Shown here: positions 1 through 10,138 of the stretch, in pieces
How the letters are laid out: each line of letters starts with the position of its first letter
Position numbering within the stretch: position 1 is the first letter of the stretch
Source: Nitrospinales bacterium
GTDB lineage: Bacteria; Nitrospinota; Nitrospinia; Nitrospinales; VA-1
Assembly: GCA_965223345.1 (NCBI GenBank)
Contig: CBDCWG010000012.1
Location: 2,720,001-2,784,000 of the forward strand
Direction of reading: 5' to 3'
DNA: 64,000 nt
Program-made: the position numbers and the translations under genes
Notes under the pieces: model-generated
Databases searched by the model: none
Told to the model about the DNA's origin: nothing
Seen by the model: the letters and a program-made list of their open reading frames with translations, nothing else

Positions 1-255
1 TCATTTCATGTCTCCAGCGTCTTGGTGTATTCGATGCATCACGTCTGAACTCAAATGGGGCGCTTCTGTCAATCACTCAGGGCCCGGGCTCTCCTCGCAG
101 ACGAGGGACCGCGCATCCTTGAAGAAACCATTGAAATGTTTGGAGGTTCGCTTTTGTTTCCGGGTTGTACGAGTTTTTCCGGGGAGGGACGGTCGTTTCA
201 GGGAAACCCTCGTAGGCGTCTTGTCGCTCAGGTTGAACCGGCCGATCCCTTCCCT

Positions 256-283
256 AATGTAGCAAAGAATAAAAATTTGCAAA
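256..283 (-). promoter_or_regulatory. Putative sigma70 promoter (extended -10) for a gene starting at the left window edge
   Basis: Minus strand TTTGCAA...TGcTACATT. GGAG followed by ATG at about positions 4-2 runs off the window. Confidence 0.4.
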
Positions 284-398
284 GATTTTTTTGTGAAAAC
301 GAGGCCCGGCGCGGGGGTGCGCCCGGAGGAAATTCAGCGCCCTGGGCAAGGGGTGAAGAAAACGGGTGTTTTGGCGGCCGTCCGCGGAACCCGCAGGC

Positions 399-1112
399 TC
401 AGTTCCCGCCGGCCACGAAGCGGGACAGCGCCATTTTGGCGGCGGCCTGCTCCGCTTCCTTTTTGCTGCGTCCCTTGCCCTTGCCTTTGATCTCTTCCTT
501 CACCAGCACGATCACCTCGAACTGCTTCTGGTGGTCGGGGCCGGTTTCGCGCGTGACCTTGTAGGTGGGGATGCAGATGAGTTTGTTCTGGGTGTATTCT
601 TGCAGGTCGCTTTTGTAGTCGCGAAACGTGCGCGTGTCCACGAAGCGGGTGATCTCGCGCGACAGCACGGGAAGCAGCACGCGGGAGGTTTCCTGAATGT
701 CGCTGTCGCGGTAGATGGCGCCGGCCACCGCTTCGAAGGCGTTTGCCAGCAGAGAGGTCTTGTCCCGCCCGCCGGAAAGTTCCTCACCGCGGCCGAGCAG
801 CAGGTATTCCCCGAGCCGCCATTCGCGCGCCAGCCCGGCGAGGCAGGATTCGTTGACCACCGCGGCGCGCACTTTGGAAAGCGCGCCTTCCTTGAAATCG
901 ACGTATTTTTTGAACATGTAGTCGCTGACCACCAGGTCGAGGACGGAATCGCCGAGGAATTCCAGCCGTTCGTTGTGCTTGAGGTCCTCGTCGGTTTCGT
1001 TGACGTAGGATTTGTGGGTCAGCGCTTTGTTGAGGAGAAAAAGATCCTTGAAGGTGTAGCCCAGCGTTTTCTGAAATGCCAGTAGAGCCTGTGTGCGTTC
1101 TTCGGACAGCAT
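399..1112 (-). CDS. rnc: Ribonuclease III
   Basis: NERLEFLGDSVL signature; C-terminal dsRBD (GKGRSKKEAEQAAA). Confidence 0.97.
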   Translation of the reverse strand: MLSEERTQALLAFQKTLGYTFKDLFLLNKALTHKSYVNETDEDLKHNERLEFLGDSVLDLVVSDYMFKKYVDFKEGALSKVRAAVVNESCLAGLAREWRLGEYLLLGRGEELSGGRDKTSLLANAFEAVAGAIYRDSDIQETSRVLLPVLSREITRFVDTRTFRDYKSDLQEYTQNKLICIPTYKVTRETGPDHQKQFEVIVLVKEEIKGKGKGRSKKEAEQAAAKMALSRFVAGGN

Positions 1113-1119
1113 GACGCCT

Positions 1120-2358
1120 CTAATCGCTGCATTGCCGGAAGATGATGACGGCGTTGGTGCCGCCGAACCCGAAGGAGTTGGAAAGGGCCGCCTGGATTTT
1201 CTTTTCCCGAGCCTGGTTGGGGACGTAGTCGAGATCGCATTCCGGATCCGGCGTGGTGTAGTTGATGGTCGGAGGCAGCACGCCGCGCGACAGGGCCAGC
1301 AGGGAATACACGGCCTCGACGCCTCCCGCGCCGCCGAGCAGGTGGCCCGTCATCGATTTGGTGGAGCTGACGGCGAGCGTTTTGGCGTGGCTGCCGAATA
1401 CGGTTTTGATGGCCATGGTTTCGGTGGCGTCGGCGATGGTGGAGGTGCCGTGCGCGTTGATGTAATCGATGTCTTCGGGATTCATGCCCGCGTTTTCCAG
1501 GGCTTTTTTCATGCAGCGCGCGGCCCCCTCGCCTTCCGGTGCGGTCGAGGTGATGTGGTGCGCGTCGCCGTTCAGGCTGTAGCCCGCCACTTCGCCGTAG
1601 ATTTTCGCGCCGCGCTTTTTCGCGGATTCCATTTCCTCCAGCACCACGACGCCGCAGCCCTCGCCGATGACAAACCCGTCGCGGTCCTTGTCGAACGGCC
1701 GGCTGGCTCCCTGGGGATCGTCGTTGCGGGTGGAGAGCGCCTTGGCGGAGCTAAAGCCGCCGACGCAAAGCGGTGTGATCACCGATTCGGTACCGCCGGC
1801 GATCATCGCGTCGGCCTCGCCGTACTGGATCAAGCGTGCGGCGTCGCCGATGGCGTGGGTTCCGGTGGCGCAGGCGGTGGTGACGCAGGTGTTGGGGCCT
1901 TTGGCGCCGTACTGGATGGACACCTGCCCCGACGCCAGGTTGGCGATCATCATCGGGATCAGAAAGGGGCTGATCTTGCGCGGGCCCCGGTCCCGGTACA
2001 GGTCGTAATATTTTTCGATGGCGGGAAGGCCGCCGAGTCCGGCCCCGATCAGGACTCCGGTGCGCTCGGCGTTGGCTCCGTTGATCTGGAATCCGGAATC
2101 TTCCATGGCGAACTGGCTGGAGACCACGGCGAAATGGATGAACGCATCCATTTTCTTGACGTCCTTGTGGTCGATGTACTGGACGGGATCAAAGTCTTTC
2201 ACCTCGCCGGCGATCTTGACGGCGAACGCTTCCGTGTCGAACTTGGTGATGGGACCGATTCCGGACCTGCCGGCGGTCAGCCCCGCCCAGTTTTCCTCCA
2301 CTCCAACCCCCAGGGGAGAAATCACTCCCATCCCGGTAACTGCGACGCGTCTCTTCAT
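1120..2358 (-). CDS. fabF: 3-oxoacyl-ACP synthase II
   Basis: TACATG, NAHGTST, GHLLG and [11 protein letters not shown] motifs; follows acpP. Confidence 0.97.
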   Translation of the reverse strand: MKRRVAVTGMGVISPLGVGVEENWAGLTAGRSGIGPITKFDTEAFAVKIAGEVKDFDPVQYIDHKDVKKMDAFIHFAVVSSQFAMEDSGFQINGANAERTGVLIGAGLGGLPAIEKYYDLYRDRGPRKISPFLIPMMIANLASGQVSIQYGAKGPNTCVTTACATGTHAIGDAARLIQYGEADAMIAGGTESVITPLCVGGFSSAKALSTRNDDPQGASRPFDKDRDGFVIGEGCGVVVLEEMESAKKRGAKIYGEVAGYSLNGDAHHITSTAPEGEGAARCMKKALENAGMNPEDIDYINAHGTSTIADATETMAIKTVFGSHAKTLAVSSTKSMTGHLLGGAGGVEAVYSLLALSRGVLPPTINYTTPDPECDLDYVPNQAREKKIQAALSNSFGFGGTNAVIIFRQCSD

Positions 2359-2388
2359 CGGACCACTTCGGATACGGAGTTGGGGGGA

Positions 2389-2622
2389 TCAGTTGGTGCG
2401 GCTTTTGATATAGTCGATCGCGTTCTGCACAGAGGCGATCTTTTCCGCTTCTTCATCGGGTATTTCAATGTCGAACTCCTCTTCCAGCGCCATCACCAGT
2501 TCGACGGTGTCGAGGGAGTCGGCGCCCAGATCTTCGATGAAGGAAGCCTCCGGAGCGACCTGCTTCTCATCCACACCCAGTTGATCGACAATGATCTCTT
2601 TAACTTTCTCTTCAACAGACAT
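2389..2622 (-). CDS. acpP: Acyl carrier protein
   Basis: [14 protein letters not shown]; 77 aa, acidic. Confidence 0.98.
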   Translation of the reverse strand: MSVEEKVKEIIVDQLGVDEKQVAPEASFIEDLGADSLDTVELVMALEEEFDIEIPDEEAEKIASVQNAIDYIKSRTN

Positions 2623-2645
2623 AATTTTAGAACTCCTAAGGGAAA

Positions 2646-3386
2646 TTACATCAACATGCCGCCGTTAACATTAATCACCTGTCCGGTTATATAACCCGCG
2701 CTGTCGGAAACCAGAAAGGAGACACAACGCGCCACATCCTCCGGTTGTCCCAGGCGGGCCAGAGGAATCTGTTCGATCAGCTTCTGTTTGACCGCCTCGT
2801 CGAGCACCCGGGTCATTTCCGTGTCGATGAAACCCGGGGCCACCGCGTTGACGGTGATGCCGCGCGAGGCCACTTCCCGCGCCGTTGTTTTGGTCAGGCC
2901 GATGACTCCAGCCTTGGAGGCGGAGTAGTTCGCCTGACCCAGATTGCCCATCACCCCCACGATCGAAGCGATGTTGACGATGGAGCCGCTCTTCTGTTTC
3001 ATCATCTGCTTGACCGCCTGCTGCGAACACAGGAAGCAGCCCTTCAGATTGATCGACAGGACTCGGTCCCAGTCGCCTTCCTTCATGCGCATGATCAGCC
3101 CGTCTTTGGTGATCCCCGCGTTGTTCACGAGGATGTCCAGGGGCTTGCGCTCTTTCAGAATGGAATCGAACGCGGACTGCACGTCTTCCTGCGATGAGAC
3201 ATCGAGCTTCACCGAAGAGGCCGAGCCGCCGTTTTTGCGGATGGCCTCGGCGGAGGCTTCCGCGCCTTCCTGGTTCACATCACCCAGGACGACGTGCGCG
3301 CCTTCGCGGGCGAGCTCTTCGCCGATGGTTTGTCCGATTCCACGCGCGCCCCCGGTGACGAGGGCGACTTTGTCTTTTAATTGCAT
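2646..3386 (-). CDS. fabG: 3-oxoacyl-ACP reductase
   Basis: [19 protein letters not shown]; fab operon context. Confidence 0.96.
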   Translation of the reverse strand: MQLKDKVALVTGGARGIGQTIGEELAREGAHVVLGDVNQEGAEASAEAIRKNGGSASSVKLDVSSQEDVQSAFDSILKERKPLDILVNNAGITKDGLIMRMKEGDWDRVLSINLKGCFLCSQQAVKQMMKQKSGSIVNIASIVGVMGNLGQANYSASKAGVIGLTKTTAREVASRGITVNAVAPGFIDTEMTRVLDEAVKQKLIEQIPLARLGQPEDVARCVSFLVSDSAGYITGQVINVNGGMLM

Positions 3387-3404
3387 GCGGCGGCCTTCAC
3401 ATTA

Positions 3405-4340
3405 TCACGATTTGAGGGCAGAAACGGTCTGCTCCAGGGTCTTGCGGTCCTCGACCTGAAAACATTGGATCCCCTTGTCGAACCTGCGCATCAACCCGGA
3501 CAGCACTTTTCCCGGCCCCAGCTCGACCACCGCCTCGATTCCCGAATCCACGATGGTTTGCATGGTTTGCGACCAGCGGACGGGGCTGCACACCTGTTGC
3601 CTCAACGCTTCCCTTGCTTGTCCGCCGCTGGAATTGGGTTTTGCATCGATGTTGGTGATGACGGGAAAGGACAGATCTTGAAATTCGGTTTGTTCAAGTT
3701 CCTTCTGAAGCTTCACTTCTGCGGGCTTCATGAGGGGACAATGAAATGGGGCGCTCACGGGAAGCATCACCGTCTTTTTTGCGCCCTGCCGTTTGGTTTC
3801 CTCGGAAACCTTCTCGACAGCTTCCTTGTGGCCGGCGATCACGGTCTGCTGCGGGCTGTTCAGGTTGGCGGGCGAAACCAGACTGCTTTCGGTCGAGATC
3901 TCCTTGCACAATTGCGTGATGGTTTCCACCGGCAACCCGATGATGGCCGCCATGCCCCCCACTCCGACCGGAACCGCCTCCTGCATGAACTGTCCGCGCA
4001 ACCGCACCACACGCACGGCGTCCTCGAAGCGAAGTGCGCCCGCGGCGACCAGGGCGGAGTACTCCCCCAGGCTGTGGCCCGCCGCCAGTACGGAATCTAT
4101 ATCATGTTCCCTCAACAACTTCAAGGCTATAATACTGTGCACCAAGAGCGCGGGCTGTGTGTTTTCAGTGAGATTCAGGGCGTCTTCCGGGCCTTCGAAG
4201 CAGATGGATTTGAGATCCACGCCCAGGACTTCGCCCGCGGTGTCGAAGAGTTTTTTCGCGGCGTCGGAGGAATCGTGGAAATCCTTGCCCATTCCCACCG
4301 TTTGCGATCCCTGCCCCGGAAACAAAAAAGCGATTTTCAA
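3405..4340 (-). CDS. fabD: Malonyl-CoA:ACP transacylase
   Basis: FPGQGSQ, GHSLGEY, VSAPFH; TTG start. Confidence 0.96.
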   Translation of the reverse strand: MKIAFLFPGQGSQTVGMGKDFHDSSDAAKKLFDTAGEVLGVDLKSICFEGPEDALNLTENTQPALLVHSIIALKLLREHDIDSVLAAGHSLGEYSALVAAGALRFEDAVRVVRLRGQFMQEAVPVGVGGMAAIIGLPVETITQLCKEISTESSLVSPANLNSPQQTVIAGHKEAVEKVSEETKRQGAKKTVMLPVSAPFHCPLMKPAEVKLQKELEQTEFQDLSFPVITNIDAKPNSSGGQAREALRQQVCSPVRWSQTMQTIVDSGIEAVVELGPGKVLSGLMRRFDKGIQCFQVEDRKTLEQTVSALKS

Positions 4341-4418
4341 AACGGAGTGCCTCCCCTCAAGCGTTGGTTTGTGAATCGGCGGACGCCGCGCCGCGGCGTA
4401 CGGCTTTTTCTGAAAACA

Positions 4419-5426
4419 TCACCATTGCACCAGCGCCGAACCCCAGGTCAAGCCCGCGCCCACGACCGCAAGCAGCATCAGGCAGCCGGGCTGGATGCGT
4501 CCCGCTTCCTTCGCCTCATGGATGGCGATGGGAATCGAGGCCGCCGAGGTGTTGCCGTACTTGTCGATGTTGACGAACACTTTGTCCGGGCAGATCTTCA
4601 GTTTGCTGGTCACCGCGTCGATGATCCGCTTGTTGGCCTGATGCGGAACGACGAGGTCCACGTCGTCGCAGGTGCGCCCGTTGAACTCGAGCGCCTCGAC
4701 GCTGACGTCGGTCATGCGTTTCACGGCGGCCTTGAAGGTGGCGTTGCCGGACATCTTGATGCAGTAATCGGTGCCGTTCATCATCGCGGACGCGTTGCGG
4801 TTTCTGCCGATGCCGCCGGGAACTACGATCAGGTCGGACAATCCGCCGTCGGAATAGACGTGGGTGGACAGCACGCCGCGCGGTTCGGTGTTTTCCGTGC
4901 GGCGGAGCACCACAGCGCCGGCGCCATCGCCGAACAGGATGCAGGTGGAGCGGTCGGTCCAGTCCACGATGCGGGAGTTGACCTCGCTGCCGATCAGCAG
5001 GATGTGACGGTAGCGACCGCTTTTCAGATACTGCTCGGCGATTGACAGGCCGTACACGAAACCGGAGCACACCGCGGAAACATCGTAGGCCGCCGCCCGT
5101 TCGGCCTTGATTTCTTTCTGCACGAAACACGCGGTGGCGGGGAACAGGATGTCCGGCGTCGAGGTGCAGACGATGATCATGTCGATGTCGTTGGGGGTCA
5201 GCTCCGCCGCGCCGAGCGCCTGCCGGGCCGCGTGCGCCGCCAGCACCGAAGAGGATTCGCTTTCGCAGGCGATCCGGCGTTCGCGGATGCCGGTGCGGGT
5301 GCGGATCCATTCGTCCGAGGTGTCGAGGGTTTTTTCCAGATCCTGGTTGGTCAGGATTTTTTCGGGCAGGTAGAACCCGGTTCCGACGATTTCAGCCCCG
5401 TAGGGGGTGGTGGTTTGATTTCGCAT
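4419..5426 (-). CDS. fabH: 3-oxoacyl-ACP synthase III
   Basis: AVCSGF, HQAN and GNTSAAS catalytic triad. ATG at 5426 chosen; TTG at 5441 is possible. Confidence 0.95.
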   Translation of the reverse strand: MRNQTTTPYGAEIVGTGFYLPEKILTNQDLEKTLDTSDEWIRTRTGIRERRIACESESSSVLAAHAARQALGAAELTPNDIDMIIVCTSTPDILFPATACFVQKEIKAERAAAYDVSAVCSGFVYGLSIAEQYLKSGRYRHILLIGSEVNSRIVDWTDRSTCILFGDGAGAVVLRRTENTEPRGVLSTHVYSDGGLSDLIVVPGGIGRNRNASAMMNGTDYCIKMSGNATFKAAVKRMTDVSVEALEFNGRTCDDVDLVVPHQANKRIIDAVTSKLKICPDKVFVNIDKYGNTSAASIPIAIHEAKEAGRIQPGCLMLLAVVGAGLTWGSALVQW

Positions 5427-5441
5427 CAGGCTTTCAGGCAA

Positions 5442-6653
5442 TCAGTTGTTCTGCGGGTTGGAGTCGGTGGGTTCGGTTTTCTCTTCGGGGGGAGGCTCGG
5501 CTTGCGCCGAGTTGTTGGCGTTATTGTTGTTGCCGCTGTGATTGTTGTTGCTGTGATGGTTGTCGTTGTTGCCGGCAACTTGCTGTCCTTCCGTTCCGAA
5601 AGCCATGCTCTTGATCTGTTTCCATAAATCGCCTTTACGGGTCCAGATGTCCTGCTTCTCGATATTGTATTCGATGTCTTCCTTGATGTGCTGGTTGACT
5701 TTTTTCTCGATGAATTCCTTGGCCCGTGTGATGGCGTTTTTGATGGCCTTGGGCGACGAGCTGCCGTGCGCGATGATGCACACGCCGTTGACACCGAGCA
5801 GCGGCGCGCCGCCCGTTTCCGAGTAATCGACCTTTTTCTTGAACTCGGCGAAACGCGGTTTGAGCAAAAGATAACCCACCTTGCTCAGCCAGTTGCTCTG
5901 AAACAGCAGCTTGAGGTTGGTGCCGATCATCTCCGCGAGGCTTTCGGAAATCTTGAGCGCCACGTTGCCGGTGAACCCGTCGCAGACGATGACGTCGGCG
6001 TTGCCACGGTACACTTCTTTGCCTTCCAGGTTGCCGATGAAATTGATGTGGCTTTTTTTCAGCATCTGGAACACTTCCTTGGTGACCTCGTTGCCCTTGC
6101 CGTCTTCCTCGCCGATGCTCAGCAGGCCGACGCCGGGGTCTTCCTTGCCCAGGATGTATTTGGCGTACACATGCCCCATGATGCCGAACTGCACCAGCTG
6201 GCCGATCTTGCAATCCACGTTCGCGCCTGCGTCCAGAAGGATGGACGTTCCCTTGAGCGTCGGCAGGACGATGGCGATGGCCGGCCGGTCCACGCCTTTG
6301 AGCGGTCTCAGGATGAAGGTGCTGTAGGCCAGCACCGCTCCGGTGTTGCCGGCGCTGACGAAAGCCTCGGCCTCGCCGCTTTTCACCAGCTCCACGCCGA
6401 TCTTCATGGAGGATTTTTTCTTGTTGCGCAGGACCTTGGCGGGCACCTCGTGCATCTCCACCACTTCTTCTGCGTGCACCACTTCGATGGGCAGGTCCTT
6501 GCTGTCTTCGAATTTGGCGAGCTCTTCCTCGACCCGCTCTTCGATGCCGGTGAGGATGATTTCGGTGCCGTGTTCCCGGGCAGCGAGGACGGCTCCGGCC
6601 ACAACCGATTCGGGTGCGTGGTCTCCTCCCATGGCATCCACCACGATTTTCAT
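5442..6653 (-). CDS. plsX: Phosphate acyltransferase PlsX with an Asn/His/Pro-rich C-terminal extension
   Basis: VDAMGGD, SAGNTGA, DAGAN, CDGFTGNVALK, GGAPLLG...HGSS. Confidence 0.96.
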   Translation of the reverse strand: MKIVVDAMGGDHAPESVVAGAVLAAREHGTEIILTGIEERVEEELAKFEDSKDLPIEVVHAEEVVEMHEVPAKVLRNKKKSSMKIGVELVKSGEAEAFVSAGNTGAVLAYSTFILRPLKGVDRPAIAIVLPTLKGTSILLDAGANVDCKIGQLVQFGIMGHVYAKYILGKEDPGVGLLSIGEEDGKGNEVTKEVFQMLKKSHINFIGNLEGKEVYRGNADVIVCDGFTGNVALKISESLAEMIGTNLKLLFQSNWLSKVGYLLLKPRFAEFKKKVDYSETGGAPLLGVNGVCIIAHGSSSPKAIKNAITRAKEFIEKKVNQHIKEDIEYNIEKQDIWTRKGDLWKQIKSMAFGTEGQQVAGNNDNHHSNNNHSGNNNNANNSAQAEPPPEEKTEPTDSNPQNN

Positions 6654-6704
6654 ATTGTCCGGTACTCCATCGATTCGGGTGTGTGATTTATTGAGGAAAC
6701 GGTT

Positions 6705-6883
6705 CGGTTCAGGCCCGCCGGATCGCCCGGTGGGAATGCTTCAGACTTGAGTGCTGCTCTGGTAAAAGGAAATAGCCCTTTCGGGCTCATCGGTGTTGCG
6801 TGTCCGGAAGGGCTCATGCCACCATGCGCCTTGCAGCGCCCTTCCCTGTCCGACCGCCACTGCGGTGGAACGGCAATGAACCG
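6705..6883 (-). ncRNA. Candidate structured RNA element in the rpmF-plsX spacer, family unassigned
   Basis: Ends pair (CGGUUCA/UGAACCG, UUGCCG/CGGCGG). Internal stems ACCGC/GCGGU, GGAAGGGC/GCCCUUCC and AGCCC-GAAA-GGGCU. Confidence 0.45.
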
Positions 6884-6888
6884 TATGG

Positions 6889-7071
6889 TCAGACGGCTTC
6901 GACCTCCATCACTTCCTTGCCTTTGTAAAATCCGCAATGCGGGCAGACGCGATGGGGTTGCTTGATTTCGTGGCATTGCGGACACTCGCCGTATCCGGGA
7001 ATGCTGAGCTTGTCGTGCGACCTCCGGTGGCCCTGCCGGGACTTGGAAGTCTTTTTCTTGGGAACAGCCAT
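6889..7071 (-). CDS. rpmF: 50S ribosomal protein L32 (zinc-ribbon type)
   Basis: [12 protein letters not shown]...CPQC...[12 protein letters not shown]. True start is ATG 7071 after AAGGAG, not 7203. Confidence 0.97.
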   Translation of the reverse strand: MAVPKKKTSKSRQGHRRSHDKLSIPGYGECPQCHEIKQPHRVCPHCGFYKGKEVMEVEAV

Positions 7072-7203
7072 GATTTCTCCTTGATGTTGCAAACGCCTCA
7101 AACCGCCGGGGCAGACTGAATTTCCCCGCGTTGAGGCACCTTTATATTGTAACCTGTTTCCAGTCAGACCGGCATGGGAATTCGCCCCCGGTGCGAGGGG
7201 CAC

Positions 7204-7764
7204 TCATTTGAGCCGGTTTTTTAACGATTTTAAGACCTCCAGCCTGGGGTCCCCGGGAGGTTCCTTTGCGCAGGAACAGGTTTCCCGGTTGAGATTGACG
7301 CCGCATTGCGGGCACAGCCCGCGGCAGTCTTCCCGGCAGCGGGGCACCACGGGGACTTCCAGAAGGATCTGGTCGCGTATCGACCGGGAAAGGTCCACGC
7401 GGCCTTCGCTGAACGGTTCGACGTCGATGTCGCCGCCGTGCAGCTCCATCTCAGAATGCGCCGGTGCGCCGCCGTTTTCCGGAACGAAATGCGCGGCGGC
7501 CTTGCCGCTGACGGGAAACAGAAACGGTTCCAGACAGAGCGGGCAGACCAGGCGCAGCTCGGTCCTGAATTTGCCCTTGAAATACACCTCGGCTCCCACC
7601 CGGTTCAGCGTTCCGGACACCCACACGTCCTGGTTCAAGGCGCATTCGTTCTGGTCGATCTCGAACCGGTCCCGGCCCGCATGGGTTTCAAAATCCAGAC
7701 CCTCTTCAGGAATTTCGTCGATTTCAAAGAGCATGACCTGGAACGAAGAGACTGGAAGTTTCAA
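7204..7764 (-). CDS. YceD/DUF177 family protein
   Basis: CPLCL and CREDCRGLCPQCGVNLN...C-C...DPRL motifs; directly upstream of rpmF. Start may be ATG 7734. Confidence 0.9.
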   Translation of the reverse strand: MKLPVSSFQVMLFEIDEIPEEGLDFETHAGRDRFEIDQNECALNQDVWVSGTLNRVGAEVYFKGKFRTELRLVCPLCLEPFLFPVSGKAAAHFVPENGGAPAHSEMELHGGDIDVEPFSEGRVDLSRSIRDQILLEVPVVPRCREDCRGLCPQCGVNLNRETCSCAKEPPGDPRLEVLKSLKNRLK

Positions 7765-7863
7765 GACCCCGCTCAGGCGGGAACCATCGGGAAGGAGTTA
7801 TTTTGCCGGATGTTATCTCTAATTAAAAACCCAGTCAAGGAAAATGTCGCTTTATAAATCCGC

Positions 7864-8745
7864 TCATTGCGACCGCGGATGGCAGCGGTCGTGCACAGCC
7901 AGCATCCTCTCTTTCAGGATGTGGGTGTAAATCTGGGTGGTGGAGATGTCGGCGTGCCCCAGCATCTCCTGAACCGCCCGCAGATCGGCCCCCCGCTCCA
8001 GCAGATGGGTGGCGAACGCGTGGCGCAGAGAATGCGGCGACAGGTCCGGTCCGATGCCCGCCTTGAGCGCGTACGTCTTGAGGGTTTTCCAGAACCCCTG
8101 CCGCGTCATCTTCCTTCCCAGGCGCGTGAGAAACAGCTCGACCGGCGGCACTCCCTTGATGAATGCGGGCCGCGCGGCATCCAGGTAGTGGCGCACGGCT
8201 TTAAGAGCCACCGAACCGATCGGCACGACCCGTTCCTTGGAGCCCTTTCCCAGTGTGCGCAGAAACCCCGCATCGAGATTCAGGTCGGTGATTTTCAGGG
8301 ACACCAGTTCGGAGACCCGCAGTCCGGTGGCGTACAACAGCTCCAGCATCGCCCGGTCCCTGAGGCCCAATGGCGTTTCCGCAGAAGGACCGGCCAGCAG
8401 GGTCTCCACCTGCTGCATCGAGATCACCTGCGGCAGATGACGCGCGGGTTTCGGGGATTCCAAAAGCTCGGCCGGGTTGGGGCCCTCCCCTGCCTCCTCG
8501 CCGCTGACAAAGCGGAAATAGGCTTTGATCGAGGACAGTGCGCGGGCGATGCTGGCCGGGCTCCGCCCCTGCTCCGCAAGGTGGGCCAGAAAAGCCCGGA
8601 TCGTGGAACCCGTCGCCGGAGAACCCGTGTTGTCGAGATAGCGGTGAAACCGGGTCAGGTCGCGCCGGTAGGCGTCCACCGTGTGGCGCGAGTGGCGCTT
8701 TTCGACAGTCAGAAAATTGGTGAATTCAGCGAGGGTGTCTTTCAT
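7864..8745 (-). CDS. xerD: Site-specific tyrosine recombinase XerD
   Basis: LLYATGLRVSEL, GKGSKER, TRQGFW, SPHSLRHAFATHLL, LGHADISTTQIY. Confidence 0.92.
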   Translation of the reverse strand: MKDTLAEFTNFLTVEKRHSRHTVDAYRRDLTRFHRYLDNTGSPATGSTIRAFLAHLAEQGRSPASIARALSSIKAYFRFVSGEEAGEGPNPAELLESPKPARHLPQVISMQQVETLLAGPSAETPLGLRDRAMLELLYATGLRVSELVSLKITDLNLDAGFLRTLGKGSKERVVPIGSVALKAVRHYLDAARPAFIKGVPPVELFLTRLGRKMTRQGFWKTLKTYALKAGIGPDLSPHSLRHAFATHLLERGADLRAVQEMLGHADISTTQIYTHILKERMLAVHDRCHPRSQ

Positions 8746-8926
8746 TGACTTTAATGTTATACTATTCAATCACTTATATTACAACTAAATCAGCCGGGAT
8801 AGCTTGACAGGCATCCTTGTTTCGGGGACGCCGGGTGAGCCGGATGGGTGAGAACCGGAGGGGCCGCGAAGCGTGAAAATTTCATAAATATTTGTTTTCA
8901 TTGACTTTTATGTGGGGTCATTTCCA

Positions 8927-8955
8927 TTGCCCGCACCGTGAAAATAATGTAGAAT
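8927..8955 (+). promoter_or_regulatory. Putative sigma70 promoter of fbp-hisS
   Basis: TTGCCC-17nt-TAGAAT, about 40 nt before the fbp ATG. Confidence 0.5.
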
Positions 8956-8995
8956 CGCGCCGTCCTCAAAAAACTTCACCGAAATCGACAATTCC

Positions 8996-10006
8996 ATGGA
9001 AAAAACCACTCTCGTTCAGTTTGTTCGGAAACAGGAAAAGATCAACCCCCAGGCCACCGGTGAATTCACCAGTCTGATGAATGAAATGGTGGTGGCGGCC
9101 AAAATGGTCTCGCTCGAAGTGAACCGCGCCGGCATCGGCGAGGACATTCTGGGCCTCACCGGCAAGATGAACGTGTACGGTGAAGAGGTGCAGAAACTGG
9201 ATGCGTTCGCGGACATGATCTTCACCAAAATCATCGGCAAGTCCGGCACCGTCTGCGCGATCACCTCCGAAGAGCTGGAGTACCCGGTGATCATTCCTGA
9301 GGAAGACAATCCCGGCAAATATATATTCATGATGGACCCGCTCGACGGTTCGTCCAACATCGATGTCAACGTTCCCATCGGAACGATTTTTTCGATCTAC
9401 AAAAAGAAGAGTCCCGGAAGCCAGGTCACCGACGAAGACCTGATGCAGCGCGGCGACCAGCAGGTCGCGGCGGGTTACGTGCTTTACGGTTCGAGCACCA
9501 TGTTCATCTACACGTCGGGCAACGGCGTGCACGGATTCACCCTGGACCCCGCCTGCGGCGAGTTTTTCCTGTCGCATCCGAACATCCAGATTCCGCAACT
9601 GGGAACGACCTACAGCGTCAACGAGGGCAACACGGAAATCTGGGAAGAGGAACAGAAGAAGCTGGTGGCGTTCCTCAAAGACAAGGACCCGGAAACCAAG
9701 CGGCCCTACAAGCTGCGTTACATCGGCACCCTGGTCGCGGACTTTCACCGCACGCTGCTCAAGGGCGGCATCTTCATGTATCCGCGCGACACGAAAAACC
9801 GCGACGGGAAACTGCGCTATGCGTTCGAAGCCGCGCCGATGGCGTTCATCGTCGAAAATGCCGGCGGCATGGCCTCCACGGGCGAGCAGCGGATTCTCGA
9901 TGCCACGCCGGCGGATATCCACCAGTGCGTGCCGCTGTACATCGGCAGCCGGAAAAACATGGAGCTGGCGATGCAGCATCTTTCCGACAGCGCTCCGGTG
10001 GGTTGA
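8996..10006 (+). CDS. fbp: Fructose-1,6-bisphosphatase class 1
   Basis: GEEVQKLD, SEE, DPLDGSSNIDVN, RYIGTLVADFHR, GKLRY.FE. Confidence 0.96.
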   Translation: MEKTTLVQFVRKQEKINPQATGEFTSLMNEMVVAAKMVSLEVNRAGIGEDILGLTGKMNVYGEEVQKLDAFADMIFTKIIGKSGTVCAITSEELEYPVIIPEEDNPGKYIFMMDPLDGSSNIDVNVPIGTIFSIYKKKSPGSQVTDEDLMQRGDQQVAAGYVLYGSSTMFIYTSGNGVHGFTLDPACGEFFLSHPNIQIPQLGTTYSVNEGNTEIWEEEQKKLVAFLKDKDPETKRPYKLRYIGTLVADFHRTLLKGGIFMYPRDTKNRDGKLRYAFEAAPMAFIVENAGGMASTGEQRILDATPADIHQCVPLYIGSRKNMELAMQHLSDSAPVG

Positions 10007-10138
10007 GGACGTCCTGACCGCGCAGCGTAAGCAAACCGTTTTTAAGTGCGCAGGCGTTAGCCCGCGCCGTGATGTTTGCATGCGGTTCCCACCGATCAGT
10101 TCAATGCAACCGGCAACCCCCAACGATTCCGATCCCAG

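Noticed and set aside
6770..6795. Hammerhead-like string CCGAUGA-GCCC-GAAA-GGGC on the minus strand
   Set aside because: The core needs CUGAUGA and a GAAA after stem II. Here it is CCGAUGA and UAUU, so it is not an intact ribozyme.
6760..6870. Cobalamin riboswitch or SRP RNA (GCCACTG, CCCGAAAGGG...GCAGC fragments)
   Set aside because: The fragments are in the wrong order, on the wrong strand, or interrupted; there is no complete consensus
7864..8745. Integrase marking a prophage or island
   Set aside because: It has XerD-specific motifs and housekeeping neighbours, with no att or tRNA site and no cargo genes
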